Source: the human T2T-CHM13v2.0 reference genome, Homo sapiens
NCBI RefSeq assembly: GCF_009914755.1
Contig: NC_060928.1
Reading direction: 5' to 3' (one strand)
Length of the DNA stretch: 64,000 nt
The translations under genes and the position numbers were made by a program. Shown here piece after piece: positions 1 through 14,371 of the stretch (its first letter is position 1; each line of letters starts with the position of its first letter). Under the pieces are notes generated by a model. The model worked only from the letters and a program-made list of their open reading frames with translations. It was not told where the DNA came from and did not search any database.

Positions 1-146
1 CAGGAGCCTGAAGTCCCAGCTACTTGGGAGGCTGAGGCACAAGAATCCTTTGAACTGGGAAGGCAGAAGCTGCAGTGAGCCAAGATTGCATCACTACACT
101 CCAGCCTGGGTGACAGAGTGAGACTCTGTCTTAAAAAAAAAAAAAA
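1..146 (+). mobile_element. Alu right arm (partial)
   Basis: Alu consensus plus poly(A). Confidence 0.9.
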
Positions 147-205
147 GAAGGAAAGAAAGAAAGGAAGGAAAAGAAGCCTACTCTATCACATAAAAGTACA
201 AGGTA

Positions 206-509
<304 letters not shown>

Positions 510-802
510 GACAAAACAGTACAAGGTAAAGCAGCAAGTGCTGATGGAGAAGCTGCAGAAGATCTAGCTAAGAGAATTGCTGAATGTGACTACAATAAAC
601 ATCAGATTTCCAGTGCAGACGAAACAGCCTTCCATTGGAAAAGGATGCTAACCATCTAGGATTTTCATAGCTAGAGGGAGAAGTCAATACCTGGTCTCAA
701 CACTTCAAAGAACAGGCTGACTCTTATTAAGAGCTAATGGAGCTGGTGACTTTAAAATGAAGCCCGTGCTCATTTACCATTTCAAAAATATTAGGGCCCT
801 TA

Positions 803-1099
803 GGCTGGGTACAGTGGCTCCCACCTGTAATTCCAGCACTTTGGGAGGCTGAGACGGGCGGATCACTTGAGGCCAGGAGATGGAGACCAGCCTGAGCAAC
901 AGGGCGAAACCCCATCTCTACAGAAAGAGAAAAATTAGCCAGGAGTAGTGGCATGTACCTGTTAATTCCAGCTACTGGGGAAGCTGAGGCTGGAGAATAG
1001 GTTGAACCCAGGAGGCAGGTTGCAGTGAGCCGAGATCCGGCCACTGCACTACAGCCTGGGTGACAGAGCAAGACTCCGTCTCAAAAAAGAAAAGAAAAA
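803..1099 (+). mobile_element. AluJ-like
   Basis: Full dimer with A tail. Confidence 0.9.
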
Positions 1100-1100
1100 T

Positions 1101-1404
<304 letters not shown>

Positions 1405-1959
1405 TTAAGGGCCTTAAGAATTATGCTAAATCTACTCTGCCTGTGGTCTATATATAAAACAAAAAGTCCAAATGACAGCACACCTATTTACAGCCATAAT
1501 TCACTTTATGTTTTAAGCCCACTGTTGAGATCGACTGCTCAGACAAAAAAATTCAAAATATTACTGCTCATTGACAATGTACCTGGGTCACCCAATAGCT
1601 CTAATGAAGATGTGCAAGATTAATGTTTTCACGCCTGCTAACAACATCCACTCTGCAGCCCATGGTTCAAGGAGTAAGTCAAATTTCAAGTCTTACTTTT
1701 CAAGAAATACATTTTGTAAGGCCATATTTGTCACAGATAATAATTCCTCTGACGGATCTGAGCAAAATAAATTGAAAACCTTCCCCATTAAGAACACTTA
1801 TGATTCATAGGAGGAGGTCAAAATATCAACATCAACAAGAGTTTGGAAGAAGCTGATTCTAACCCTTATGGATAACTTTAAGGGATTTAAGACTTAACTG
1901 GGGAAGGAACTGCAGCTGTGGTAGAAATGGCACGGGAACTAGAATTAGAAGTGGAGCCT

Positions 1960-2515
<556 letters not shown>

Positions 2516-2755
2516 AGTGGTGCCTCAAGATGTAACTGAATTGCTGCAATCTCACAATAAAACTTGAACAGATGAGGACTTGCTTCTTATGGATGAGCAA
2601 AGAAAGTAGTTTCTTGAGATGGAATTTACTCCTGAAGAAGCTGTAAATGTAGTTGAAATGACAACAAATGATTTAGAATATTCTGTATACTTAGCTAATA
2701 AAGCAGCGGCAGGGTTTGAGAAGACTGACTATGTTTTAAAGAAGTTCTACTGTGA

Positions 2756-3098
<343 letters not shown>

Positions 3099-3599
3099 CT
3101 ACAGAAATCTTTTGTGAAAAGAAGTCAATCAATAAAGCAAAGTTAATCATTGTCTTATTTTAAGAAATTGCCACAGCCATCCCAACCTTCAGCACTCAGC
3201 ACCCTGATCAGTCAGCCGCCATCAACAGTGAGGCAAGACCCTCCACCAGCAAAAAAAAATTACAACTCCCTGAAGGCTCAGATGATTGACAGCATTTTTT
3301 AGCCATAAATTATTTTTTAGATAACGTATGTACATTTCTTAAGCATAATACCATTGTACCCTTAACAGACCACGGTATAGTGTAAACATAACTTTTATAT
3401 GCACTGGGAAACCAAAAAATTCATGTGACTCGCTTTATTCCAAGATTTAATTTATTGTGGTGGTCTGCAAGCAACCAAAATATCTCCAAGGTATGCCTGT
3501 ATTTACCGTCCCATAGTTTCAATCCCTAGAGGTCTAACCCTCCACCTGGTTTTATGATCTCTTCATGTCGTATCTCCACAGTTTATCATCTTTTAAACA

Positions 3600-3766
3600 C
3601 CGTATAGAAACTTTCTGGCCTATCCACTTCTTTTCTAGGAAAGCCCTGTGTCATTGTAAAAATTAACATAAAATACGTATGCCTTTTCTCCTGTTAATCT
3701 GCCTTACAGCCCCAGCTGCAGACCCAGCTAAAGGAAAAAGGATTTTTGTTTTTCCCATCCCCTACA
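3600..3766 (+). mobile_element. ERV1-class LTR 3' fragment
   Basis: TATGCCTTTTCTCCTGTTAATCTGCC...CCCCTACA resembles MER4-group LTR ends. Confidence 0.5.
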
Positions 3767-3959
3767 CTTGTCTCCTTGCCAGACTGGGAGCTCCTCGTCA
3801 CTTCCTCATCTTTATAACCCCAGTACCCAAAGGAGAACCTGATGAATTTAGTCATTCAAAGAATGTTTATCCCACAAAGGAGTTTGGAGTTAGGAGATTT
3901 AAGATTGAGCCATGCTCTTTGCTACCCACGAGGGTAGAAAAATCGCCTTGTATGTGTGT

Positions 3960-4281
3960 GGCTGGGCATGGAGGCTCATGTGCGGTGGCTCATGTTACAG
4001 TCTCATGCCTGTAACTTTGGGAGGCCCAGGCAGGCAGACCACTTGAGCCCAGGAGCTTGAGACCAGCCTGGCCAACATGGCCAAACCCCACCTCTACAAA
4101 AAATACAAAAATTAGCCGGGCGTTGTAGCTCTCGCCTGTAGTCCCAGCTACTCCGGAGGCTGAGGTGGGAGAATCGCTGGAACCTGGGAGCTGAGGCTGC
4201 AGTGAGCCGAGATCAGGCCACTGCACTCCAGCCTAGGCAACAGAGTGAGATCCTATCTCAAAAAACAAACAAACAAAAAAA
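3960..4281 (+). mobile_element. Alu
   Basis: Dimer with stuttered 5' end. Confidence 0.9.
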
Positions 4282-4763
4282 ATCACCGTGTTTCAACCCA
4301 GTTTCCTTGATAGTTTCCTGCCATCTTCCCCCACCCCTCCGGAAGCACAAACCAGAACTATGCCTTTATCTGCATTTCCATGATAAGGTCATGCAGTCCC
4401 CAAGAGCTGGAAGCCAGCTGCCTCCCTAAGTGGTCACAGTTCATGCGCCCTGGTGCATAGTCCGGTGCCTGTGAGACTTTTCAGGTTTAAATTTTAGTTA
4501 ATAATATCCAACAGAGTTACTGTAAAGATTTCGACACTCATGTGACTTAATTTACAGGAAAATTTACCCAACAATCCCATCCACTGAGCAATTCTTTTGA
4601 TAACATTTACTACGAGGTAAGTGATTCAATTTACCAGAGAATAAGAAAAATGACTTAATAAAGTAGTTAAGATTCTCTTTACAACAGACTAGGAAAGGAT
4701 AAAATTAAAGGATAGTTCATCAGACCATAACAACCCTTTGGTGCTCAATCAAGACAGAGTTTT

Positions 4764-4933
4764 GCCAGGAGGGGCATGGCTCACGCCTGTAATCCCCGGA
4801 CTTTGGGAGGCCAAGACAGGAGGATCGCTTGAGCCCAGGAGTTGGGAGGCTGCAGTGAGACATGATCGTGCCACTGCACTCCACCCTGGGCCACAGAGCG
4901 AGACCCTGTCTCAAAAAATAAAAATAAAAAAAA
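4764..4933 (+). mobile_element. Alu monomer (FRAM/AluJ-like)
   Basis: Single arm plus A tail. Confidence 0.85.
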
Positions 4934-5608
4934 GAGACAGGTAAGTTTTTATCAAAGCTGCCTGAGAGTCACTGGGCACGCCCCACTTGCCAGGTCCTAC
5001 AGACCAGCAATAACAAGACTAATGCTTTCACCAAACATCAGGAAAATACACAGAAAAGCACCGGGCACTTTTTAAACTGTCATCTTGTTACTGTGACAAT
5101 ACATTTCTGTAGTTAAACAGCACAGTAGGCCTCCAACAAGATGCCCAATTGGGTACATGAAAATCCCGGCCCAAATTAAACACCTGTTTCCAGGAACGCT
5201 AGGCTCTTGTCTACATCCCCTACCGTCCCCGGAAGGCAGATAACCCCTCGGGCCTCGTGGGTTAGGTTCGAGTCCCTACAAGTAGGAAGAAGTCGTCAGG
5301 GCCCGGCATGTGGTCGCGGCCCAATCTCAATTTAGGGCTGATCCTGACCCTCAAAGCCACCCGGAACGCGCGAGAGGGCGGGACCCGCCATTCTCACAGG
5401 GGACCGGGGTGGGGCGGCGCCGCGACCCGCCGCCGCGGGCGCCCCTGTCGTGGGGGCGCGGTCTCCCACCGTCCGCGCAGGCTTCGTTAAACCCACCCCG
5501 AGTACTCGCCGCCGCCTGGCTCCGGAGCGGGGAGACGGATGCGAACGGAAAGGAGCGTGGCGGGCGCCCCGCGAGCAGGAAGCCAGGAGCCGCTCGCGCG
5601 CCCCTCAC

Positions 5609-5740
5609 CTGAGAGCCGCGGCCACCACAGCCCCACGCGCGGCGCTGGCGCACTCCCGCGGCCCTGAACGGGCTCCCGGCGCCGCGCGCCCGCGCTTCCG
5701 GAGGCGGAGAGAGCGGAAAGGGAAAGGAGGGGCGGCGTGG
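5609..5740 (-). other. CFAP97: Probable non-coding first exon of CFAP97 (KIAA1430); 5' boundary uncertain
   Basis: Minus-strand donor CAG|GTGAGG (plus strand CCTCACCTG, 5603-5611) inside the CpG island; gene name inferred from known head-to-head adjacency with SNX25; no CFAP97 coding sequence in the window. Confidence 0.6.
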
Positions 5741-5918
5741 GGCCCGGCGCTTCGGGAGAGGCGGGGGCGCACGCCGGGCCTCGTGCGGCCCTCGCGGCGG
5801 GCGTCACAGAGCGCGGCGGGCAGGCGGCCAGGCCGGGGCTCCACGCGGGCGGAGTGGAGGCCGGGCCAGGGACGCGCACACTAGAAGAGCCGCGGAAGAA
5901 GGCGGTCCAGCCCGCGTG

Positions 5919-5932
5919 GTTGCCATGGCGCC
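5919..5932. promoter_or_regulatory. RFX X-box-like element GTTGCCATGGCGCC
   Basis: 12/14 match to the palindromic X-box GTTGCCATGGCAAC, within a CpG promoter. Confidence 0.7.
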
Positions 5933-6259
5933 CTAGAGGCGTTACTGCTGCTCCCGGCTGCCTAGAGCGGCGCGGGTAGGCCCCGTTGTTCTCGTGCGTT
6001 AATAGGGAAAGCTGCCTTGATTATCTTGTAATTCTCTACCAAAACAAGAATAAAAAAGAACGGCGGCTGTGTGTTTGTGATATTTTCTATCAGCAAATTT
6101 CAGTTCATACCACTAGTTAGTTCTGTGGACCAGAGGCTGGTTTCAGAATGGAAAGACCTTTGCCGAGTGGTAAACGAGGTGGGTAGTTAAAACAATCTAA
6201 GGTAAAAATGATCTCTGCAGAATATATTGAATACAATAACTTCTCGTTGAACTCTCAGG

Positions 6260-6697
6260 TATGGTAGGATGATGGCACCCCAAAAATGTGCACCTCCTAG
6301 TCCCCACAACACGTGAATATGTCACCTTATGTGGCAGACAGGATTTAGCTGATGTGATTAAGGATCAAAATGGGAAGATTAACCAGGATTATCCAGTGGA
6401 CCCCATGGAATCACAAAGGTCCTTATAAGATGGAGACAAGAAGTTCAAAGTCAGTAGTGGGAGCTGTGAGCACAGAAGCTAGAGGTTGGAGTGATGTCAG
6501 AGGCAATGAGCCAAGGAGTGCAGGTAGAAGCTGCAAAAGGAGGAAACGGATTCTCTCCTGAAACCTCAGGAAGGAACTAGAGCCTGCAAATTTTGATTTT
6601 AGACTTAATACCTTAAGCACTGTAAGACAATACACCTGTGTTGTTTTAACTACTGAATTTGTAGTAATTTGTTATAGCAGCAATGGTATACAATCCA
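6260..6697 (+). mobile_element. MLT1D-like MaLR LTR
   Basis: GTGAATATGTCACCTTATGTGGCA...GATTCTCTCCTGAAACCTC...GTAATTTGTTATAGCAGCAAT motifs. Confidence 0.8.
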
Positions 6698-6872
6698 GTA
6701 GTTAATAAATATTGTTCACATCTAAGTGCAAAGAAGGGTAGGAAATATGGGTCTTACCCTGCCTGTCCCGGGGAGTTCCAGTAAGGATTGTCTATTTTCG
6801 TCCTTCACAATGCATTTTGTACTTGTTGGTCTTAATTACCAAAAGTATAATCAATTCTCTTTTTGTTGCCTA

Positions 6873-7174
<302 letters not shown>

Positions 7175-7256
7175 AGCAAGAATTTCACTTTCTTTTAAAG
7201 TGCTTAATAAAACTGTGTTGGCACCACTTTCCAGGGATAGTTGTTAAACTGTGGTT

Positions 7257-7553
7257 GGCCCGGCGCGGTGGCTCACGTTTGTAATTCCGCACTTTGAGAG
7301 GCTGAGGTGGGCGGATCACCTGAGGTCAGGAGTTCCAGACCAGCCTGGCCAACATGGTGAAACTCCGTCTCTACTAAAAATACAAAAATTAGCCAGGTGT
7401 GGTGGTGCACATCTGTAATCTCAGCTACTCAGGAGGCTGACGCAGAAGAATCGCTTGAACCCAGGAGGGAAATGTTGCAGTAAGCTGAGATCACGCCATT
7501 GTACTCCAGCCTGGGCGACAGAGCAAGCCCCTGTCTCTAAATAAACAAACAAA
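7257..7553 (+). mobile_element. AluS
   Basis: Full dimer; TSD AAACTGTGGT. Confidence 0.92.
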
Positions 7554-7574
7554 CTGTGGTCAAAAGTTTATCTT

Positions 7575-9232
<1,658 letters not shown>

Positions 9233-9344
9233 AACTATCCACTTTTAAGCATGGAATGCAGATCAGGATCAAGAATTTAACCTTTTTTTTTCTCTTCTGT
9301 AATATGAGATGAGTAAATCACAGAATTCTTAGGAAGCATCATGG

Positions 9345-9580
9345 CATAGCGATTGAATGCACAAGCTCTGAAGCTGGACCACATGGAGTAACAACTAAAT
9401 CCTAGTTCTGTTATTGATTAGCTTTGCAATGTTGAGCATGTCATCTTACCTCCTGTGCTTCAGTTCCCCGCTGTGTAGATGGAGATAATGGTATCCATCG
9501 GGGTTGCTGGGAAGATTAAATGAAGTATGTTTGGTCCTTAGAATAGTATCTGGCACACAGTAAGTGCTGTTAGTTACTAT
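9345..9580 (+). mobile_element. MIR
   Basis: CTGTGCTTCAGTTCCCC...GATAATG core; CTGGCACACAGTAAGTGCT. Confidence 0.7.
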
Positions 9581-9817
9581 TATGGTGAGCTAGGGCTAAA
9601 ATTGAAAAATTAATTTAAATTTATCATAAAGAATTCAGAATACAGTCCTCGGCATGTAAATGATCAAAAAACATAGATTTGGTTGTTGTTGATAACAAGC
9701 CACTGTGCTTTATTTGAATAATTTGGGTTGGTAGGGTACACTTTGAGGGGCTCCAATTGGGTGAAAATTAACAACTATTTTAGAGGCAAAAGGGCTTCTT
9801 CAAAATTAATTATACTG

Positions 9818-10030
9818 CTTTATTTATTTTATTTTATTTTTGAGACGAAGTCTCACTCTGTTGCCCAAGCTGGAGTGCAATGGCGCGATGTCGGCTCACT
9901 GCGACCTCCACCTCCGGAGTTCAAGTTTCACTATGTTGGCCAGGCTAGTCTTGAACTCCTAACTTCATGATCTGCCCGCCTCAGCCTCCGAAAGTGTAGG
10001 GATTACAGGCGTGAGCCACCGTGCCCGCCC
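9818..10030 (-). mobile_element. Alu with internal deletion
   Basis: Antisense Alu lacking the linker region. Confidence 0.88.
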
Positions 10031-10162
10031 CTATTTTCTTAAAAAAGGAGGAGAAAGGAAACTGGTAACTTATTTTGATCATCCCCTTGGCATGGCAAAG
10101 TCACATCTAGCATGAGGCACTCTTCATTTCTGACTTAGAAGGTTTAAGAAAGAATGAAATGA

Positions 10163-10510
<348 letters not shown>

Positions 10511-11453
10511 CTACATCTGCTTCTTTATTAGTCTTAGCAGTAATTGCCAGTGTTTAAGTAGCATATTGGCATCTACTTAGCAAGCGTTATCTGTATATTA
10601 CTGGCTGGGACTATGACAGAAGAAAAGGCAAATATATACTCTAAAAATTATTTGGACCACGTTCCTTTGCGTGGCTGATAGCATTTGAACTGAATAGTTG
10701 GTAAAAAACAAAAAACAAAACAAAACAAAACAAAAACCAGAAGTGGAGCCAAAGTGATTATGGGCAGCTGCGTGCACCCTGTTGCACCAGGCCGACTTCT
10801 TTGGACCTTTCCATAGCTAGGAATTGCAGGCTTCACTTACTCCACCGCACGTGTCTGATTCCTTCCCTAAGGCGGCAGGGTGGGAAAGGGAAGGTCGTTA
10901 GAAACTGTGACAGGGAGTCTCGGGAACGGTTGCCTATTTAAATAGCGAGTGAAAACCAGGCAGAAATGTTTGCCGGCTGTAAGCAAAGCGAAGAGGTTAC
11001 TCGTCAGTGATGAGCGGAGAGGGAGAATTACGGGATCACCTGAGCTCAGGAATTACCAGCGCCGCTGACACCTGCAGCAAAATTTTCCATGAACAGACGG
11101 CATCCTGTAGAGGAGGAGGGGAGCGTGGGAAAGAGAGGTGTGCACCGCGCTGGGTCGCGCCCTCTCCCCGTGGGGCCCCGGCCCGGACCCCGCCCCCGCG
11201 CTGTGGGTGGGCGCCTCCCGGCTGTCACTCAGCGGCCGCGGTGGCTCCGGGCCCCGCCCGACACGCACTTCAGGGCGGCCCCGCCCCGCCCGCGTCAGGC
11301 TGGCCAGGCTTCAGTCACAACACGGTGGGGCTCCCTGGCTGCGCCCGGCCCGGCAGCTACGGGCCCAGCGCCTGGTGGCGGCGCTGAGGGGTCGCCGAGA
11401 GGGGCCCGGCGGCGTCTGCGGGGGCCGCTCCCTCGGTGGGCCGCGGGCGAGGC

Positions 11454-11525
11454 ATGAGCGCGGGCTCCCCCTGCCTCCGGAGCGCCGGCGGGGGACCGGG
11501 GGGCAGGAGATGTGCCTGTCCTTAG
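11454..11525 (+). other. Candidate uORF in SNX25 leader (23 aa MSAGSPCLRSAGGGPGGRRCACP*)
   Basis: ATG 11454 (G at -3) to TAG 11523-11525; only applies if the TSS is upstream of 11454. Confidence 0.5.
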
Positions 11526-11541
11526 CGGCCCAGGAAGCAGC

Positions 11542-11970
11542 ATGCACCCCGATGCGACCGACAGTGGCGGCGCCGGCCCCAGCCCCGCGCGGGCCGCAGG
11601 CGCCGGCGGCCGTCCTGTCTCGGGCTTCAGGGGCGAGCGGCGGCCGGAGTCCCCGGGGGACGCGGAGGCAGCAGCAGCGGCGGCGCCGGGGGCCCCGGGC
11701 GGCCGGAGCTGGTGGAAGCCCGTGGCGGTGGCCGCACTCGCCGCCGTGGCCCTCTCCTTCCTGGGGCCCGGCAGCGGGGAGGCGGCGGGGGCCGCGGGGC
11801 TGAGCTCCGTCCTGTTCAGGCTCAGCCTGTACCTGAGCTGCGCGGCGGCCGCCTTCCTGCTGGGGATCCTGTTTGCCCTCGTCTGCCGGAGCCCGCGCGC
11901 CCAGCCGCCCGACTTCGCCGCCGCCTGGAGCCGGCTGGCCGCGACCTCAGCCGCCCGCCGCCCGCCGGGG
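11542..11970 (+). CDS. SNX25: SNX25 coding exon 1 (long isoform; 143 codons MHPDATDSGG...AARRPPG, two hydrophobic segments)
   Basis: ATG at 11542 with A at -3; open frame to donor GGG|GTAAGT at 11970/11971; 429 nt, phase 0; joins in frame to exon 2. Confidence 0.88.
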
Positions 11971-13279
11971 GTAAGTACCCGACTCCTGGCCGCCCAGCTC
12001 CGCCGGCCCTCCCCGCTTCCGGTGCCAGCTCCCGCGCCCCGAGCTCCGGGGGGCCGCGGCATGCCCTTGTCGAAGCGGGAAGCCGGGAGCCAGGGGGCTG
12101 GGCTGCGGGCCCGGCCGTGGACGCGAGCGTTCCCCGGCGCCCGCGCGCGGCGGGCTCCGGGCTCCGGGCTCCGCGCTCCGCGGTGCTGGAGGAGATGCGC
12201 GTTATTTACTGGGCTCTGTAGTCACTCGACAACCATCCTCAGTCACAACCCTAAGGGTGTCCCCAGACCTTCGGTGTCGCTTGCCGTGGGAGGGGAAGAA
12301 GGGAATCACAGCGTTCGCTACGTGCAGGCTCTGCGCACGGTCCTGGCGATCCGCTTGGTTCTTCTGGCCGTTCTCGGTGGGAGGCAACTTTATGACCGTT
12401 TGCCGATGAGGAAACTTGCTTCGGTCCCTGGCCCAGCGCCTCACCCCCAAGCCCGCGTACCCTTCCCACCACCCTATCCTGCCTTCCACCATGCTGATAC
12501 GTATTATAGTTGTGCAGTCCCCGCTGGCTTCTGTGATTTGGAAGGGGGATGCCAGAAATCACTGGTTTGCAACAAAAGGAAAGCCATCCTCAGCGCGCTG
12601 TGGGACACTAGGGCGGGGGTTAGGGAATGTAGGAAAGAACAGTGTTTTAAATGAGCGCTTCTCTTCTTCAGTGCCAAACCCACTGCCCCATCTTTCTTCC
12701 ACATTCCTTCTCATAATCCTTTAAAGGGAACTTTATTCTATCCCAGCTTAACACTCACTGCTTGACTGAGTGATACCATCATTCTAATGAAATTGCCCAA
12801 GCGCTTTGGGGTAAGATAAATGGCAGTGGCTCAACTTCATAAGAATATTTGTTAATGATCATTTGTCCCCAGGGTTTGTATTTGCTTATCACATGACCTG
12901 CTCACTCCTTTATTTTAAAAGAAAGCACCACACTTCACCAAACTACTCTGAGTGTGTTAGTTCAGAATGCAGCGCTGAGATAATGGCGGAAGGCATTAGT
13001 AGGTAACAGACATTTCGCTCAGTAGGCTGATAAACAAGGCAGTATATTAAGGAGCAGGCAACTCCTGTTTTTAGAAGTGGTCTCAAAAATTAGTAAAGTT
13101 GGTTTCTCTTACAAAATCTCCACTTAGCCATCCGTTTTTCATATCTCATTTAGCAGGAGTTGCGGAGCAGATATGTCTCTCCTCTTTTTTTCTACCATGG
13201 CAAGTAAGGACCCTGAGATTTTACTAGTTTGTTTGTTGATCAATAAAATATGTCTTAGTTCTTGAGTACTGTAAGATGT

Positions 13280-13510
13280 TATAATTCATTCGGTAAATAT
13301 TTATTGAGCATCTTGTGTGAGCCAGGTACTGTTTTGGAAGCTGAGTTTGAATCAACAGGACACATAAATATCCTGCTCTCTGGAGATCTTATGGGGGAGC
13401 AGGCAATAAATAAATACTGTGGGATAGTGATAAATGCTTTTGAAACAGTGATTAAGAGGTAAGAGATGAAGAGGGACTAGTAGGTGAGGGAAGGAAGTTT
13501 AGAGGGTTAG
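13280..13510 (-). mobile_element. L2 3' fragment
   Basis: ATTCATTCGGTAAATATTTATTGAGCA L2 terminal motif. Confidence 0.65.
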
Positions 13511-13872
13511 GTCAAGATCAAAGTCCTGGTATTGCAGACCATCTCCCAGGGCATTGAAAGCCTCCTGTTGTGGGTTAGCACTCTGTTTCCTGGAAAATGC
13601 ATTCCCGCAAATCTCACAGCTCACTGGCACCTCTGGGTAGGTAAAACGTGGATTATCATCTAGAAAGATTGTTTAGTAGAGGAGTTGGAGAAAATAGTAT
13701 TTTAAAGGTGACAGAGAAAATGAAGCAGCATGTATAAATCTCTCATGAATACTACCCGAAGATTTCAGGTAATAGAAGAGGGGAAGTATAATCTAAGGAA
13801 AATGAATATTGGTAATTATTTTTGTCCTTGAATTCCTAAAATAGCCTTAAATAAGAAATTAAGTGCATTAGG

Positions 13873-14021
13873 GGCTGGGCACAGGTTTCACCATGTTGCC
13901 TAGGCTGGTCTTGAACTCCTGAGCTCAAATGATCCGCCCTCCTCAGCCTCGGAAAGTGTTAGGATTACAGGCGTGAGCCACTGTGCCTGGCCTAACCCTG
14001 CCTCTTAAAAAAAAAAAAAAA
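13873..14021. mobile_element. Rearranged Alu composite (sense head + antisense left arm + sense tail)
   Basis: Flanked by TSD TTAAGTGCATTAGG (13859-13872, 14037-14050). Confidence 0.8.
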
Positions 14022-14179
14022 TTTTTTTTAAATTTTTTAAGTGCATTAGGAAATTACATTCTAAGTTATATATTGCTTAGAACTGAAATACATGTCATTC
14101 ACATAAAATTCTATTTTCTTTGTAGTACTGGTACTGTTTACTCAAGCCTCTAGTGCTGTATTTCCAATAATTTGTGTGA

Positions 14180-14181
<2 letters not shown>

Positions 14182-14209
<28 letters not shown>
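14182..14209 (+). repeat. (TG)n microsatellite
   Basis: Direct reading. Confidence 0.95.
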
Positions 14210-14213
<4 letters not shown>

Positions 14214-14371
14214 TGTTTTTTTTTTTTTTTTTTGCTTTGAGACAGGGTCTGCTCTGTCGTGCAAGCCACCACGCCTGGCTAAGTTTTTGTAGAGACAGGG
14301 TCCTCAAGTGATCCTCCTGCCTCAGCCTCCCAAAGGGCTAGAATTATCGGCGTGAGCCACCGTGCCTGGCT
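14210..14371 (-). mobile_element. Alu with multiple internal deletions
   Basis: Antisense Alu pieces joined in order. Confidence 0.8.

Larger units (their letters stand above)
5290..6000. promoter_or_regulatory. CpG island promoter, probably of the minus-strand neighbour CFAP97
   Basis: Dense CpG; GGGCGG boxes; CTTCCGG at about 5695; X-box-like motif at 5919. Confidence 0.85.
11130..12460. promoter_or_regulatory. SNX25: CpG island / SNX25 promoter and exon 1
   Basis: Very high GC and CpG density; GC boxes (CCCCGCCCC near 11188 and 11280); ETS-like CTTCCGG near 12016; exact TSS not determinable. Confidence 0.9.

Noticed and set aside
5308-5979. Overlapping Arg/Gly/Pro-rich ORFs on both strands
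   Set aside because: Stop-codon scarcity in a CpG island; no domain signal
11668-11685. Polyalanine tract (GCA)3(GCG)3
   Set aside because: Only six codons and interrupted; unremarkable
11295-12062. 255-aa minus-strand ORF
   Set aside because: Antisense shadow of GC-rich SNX25 exon 1
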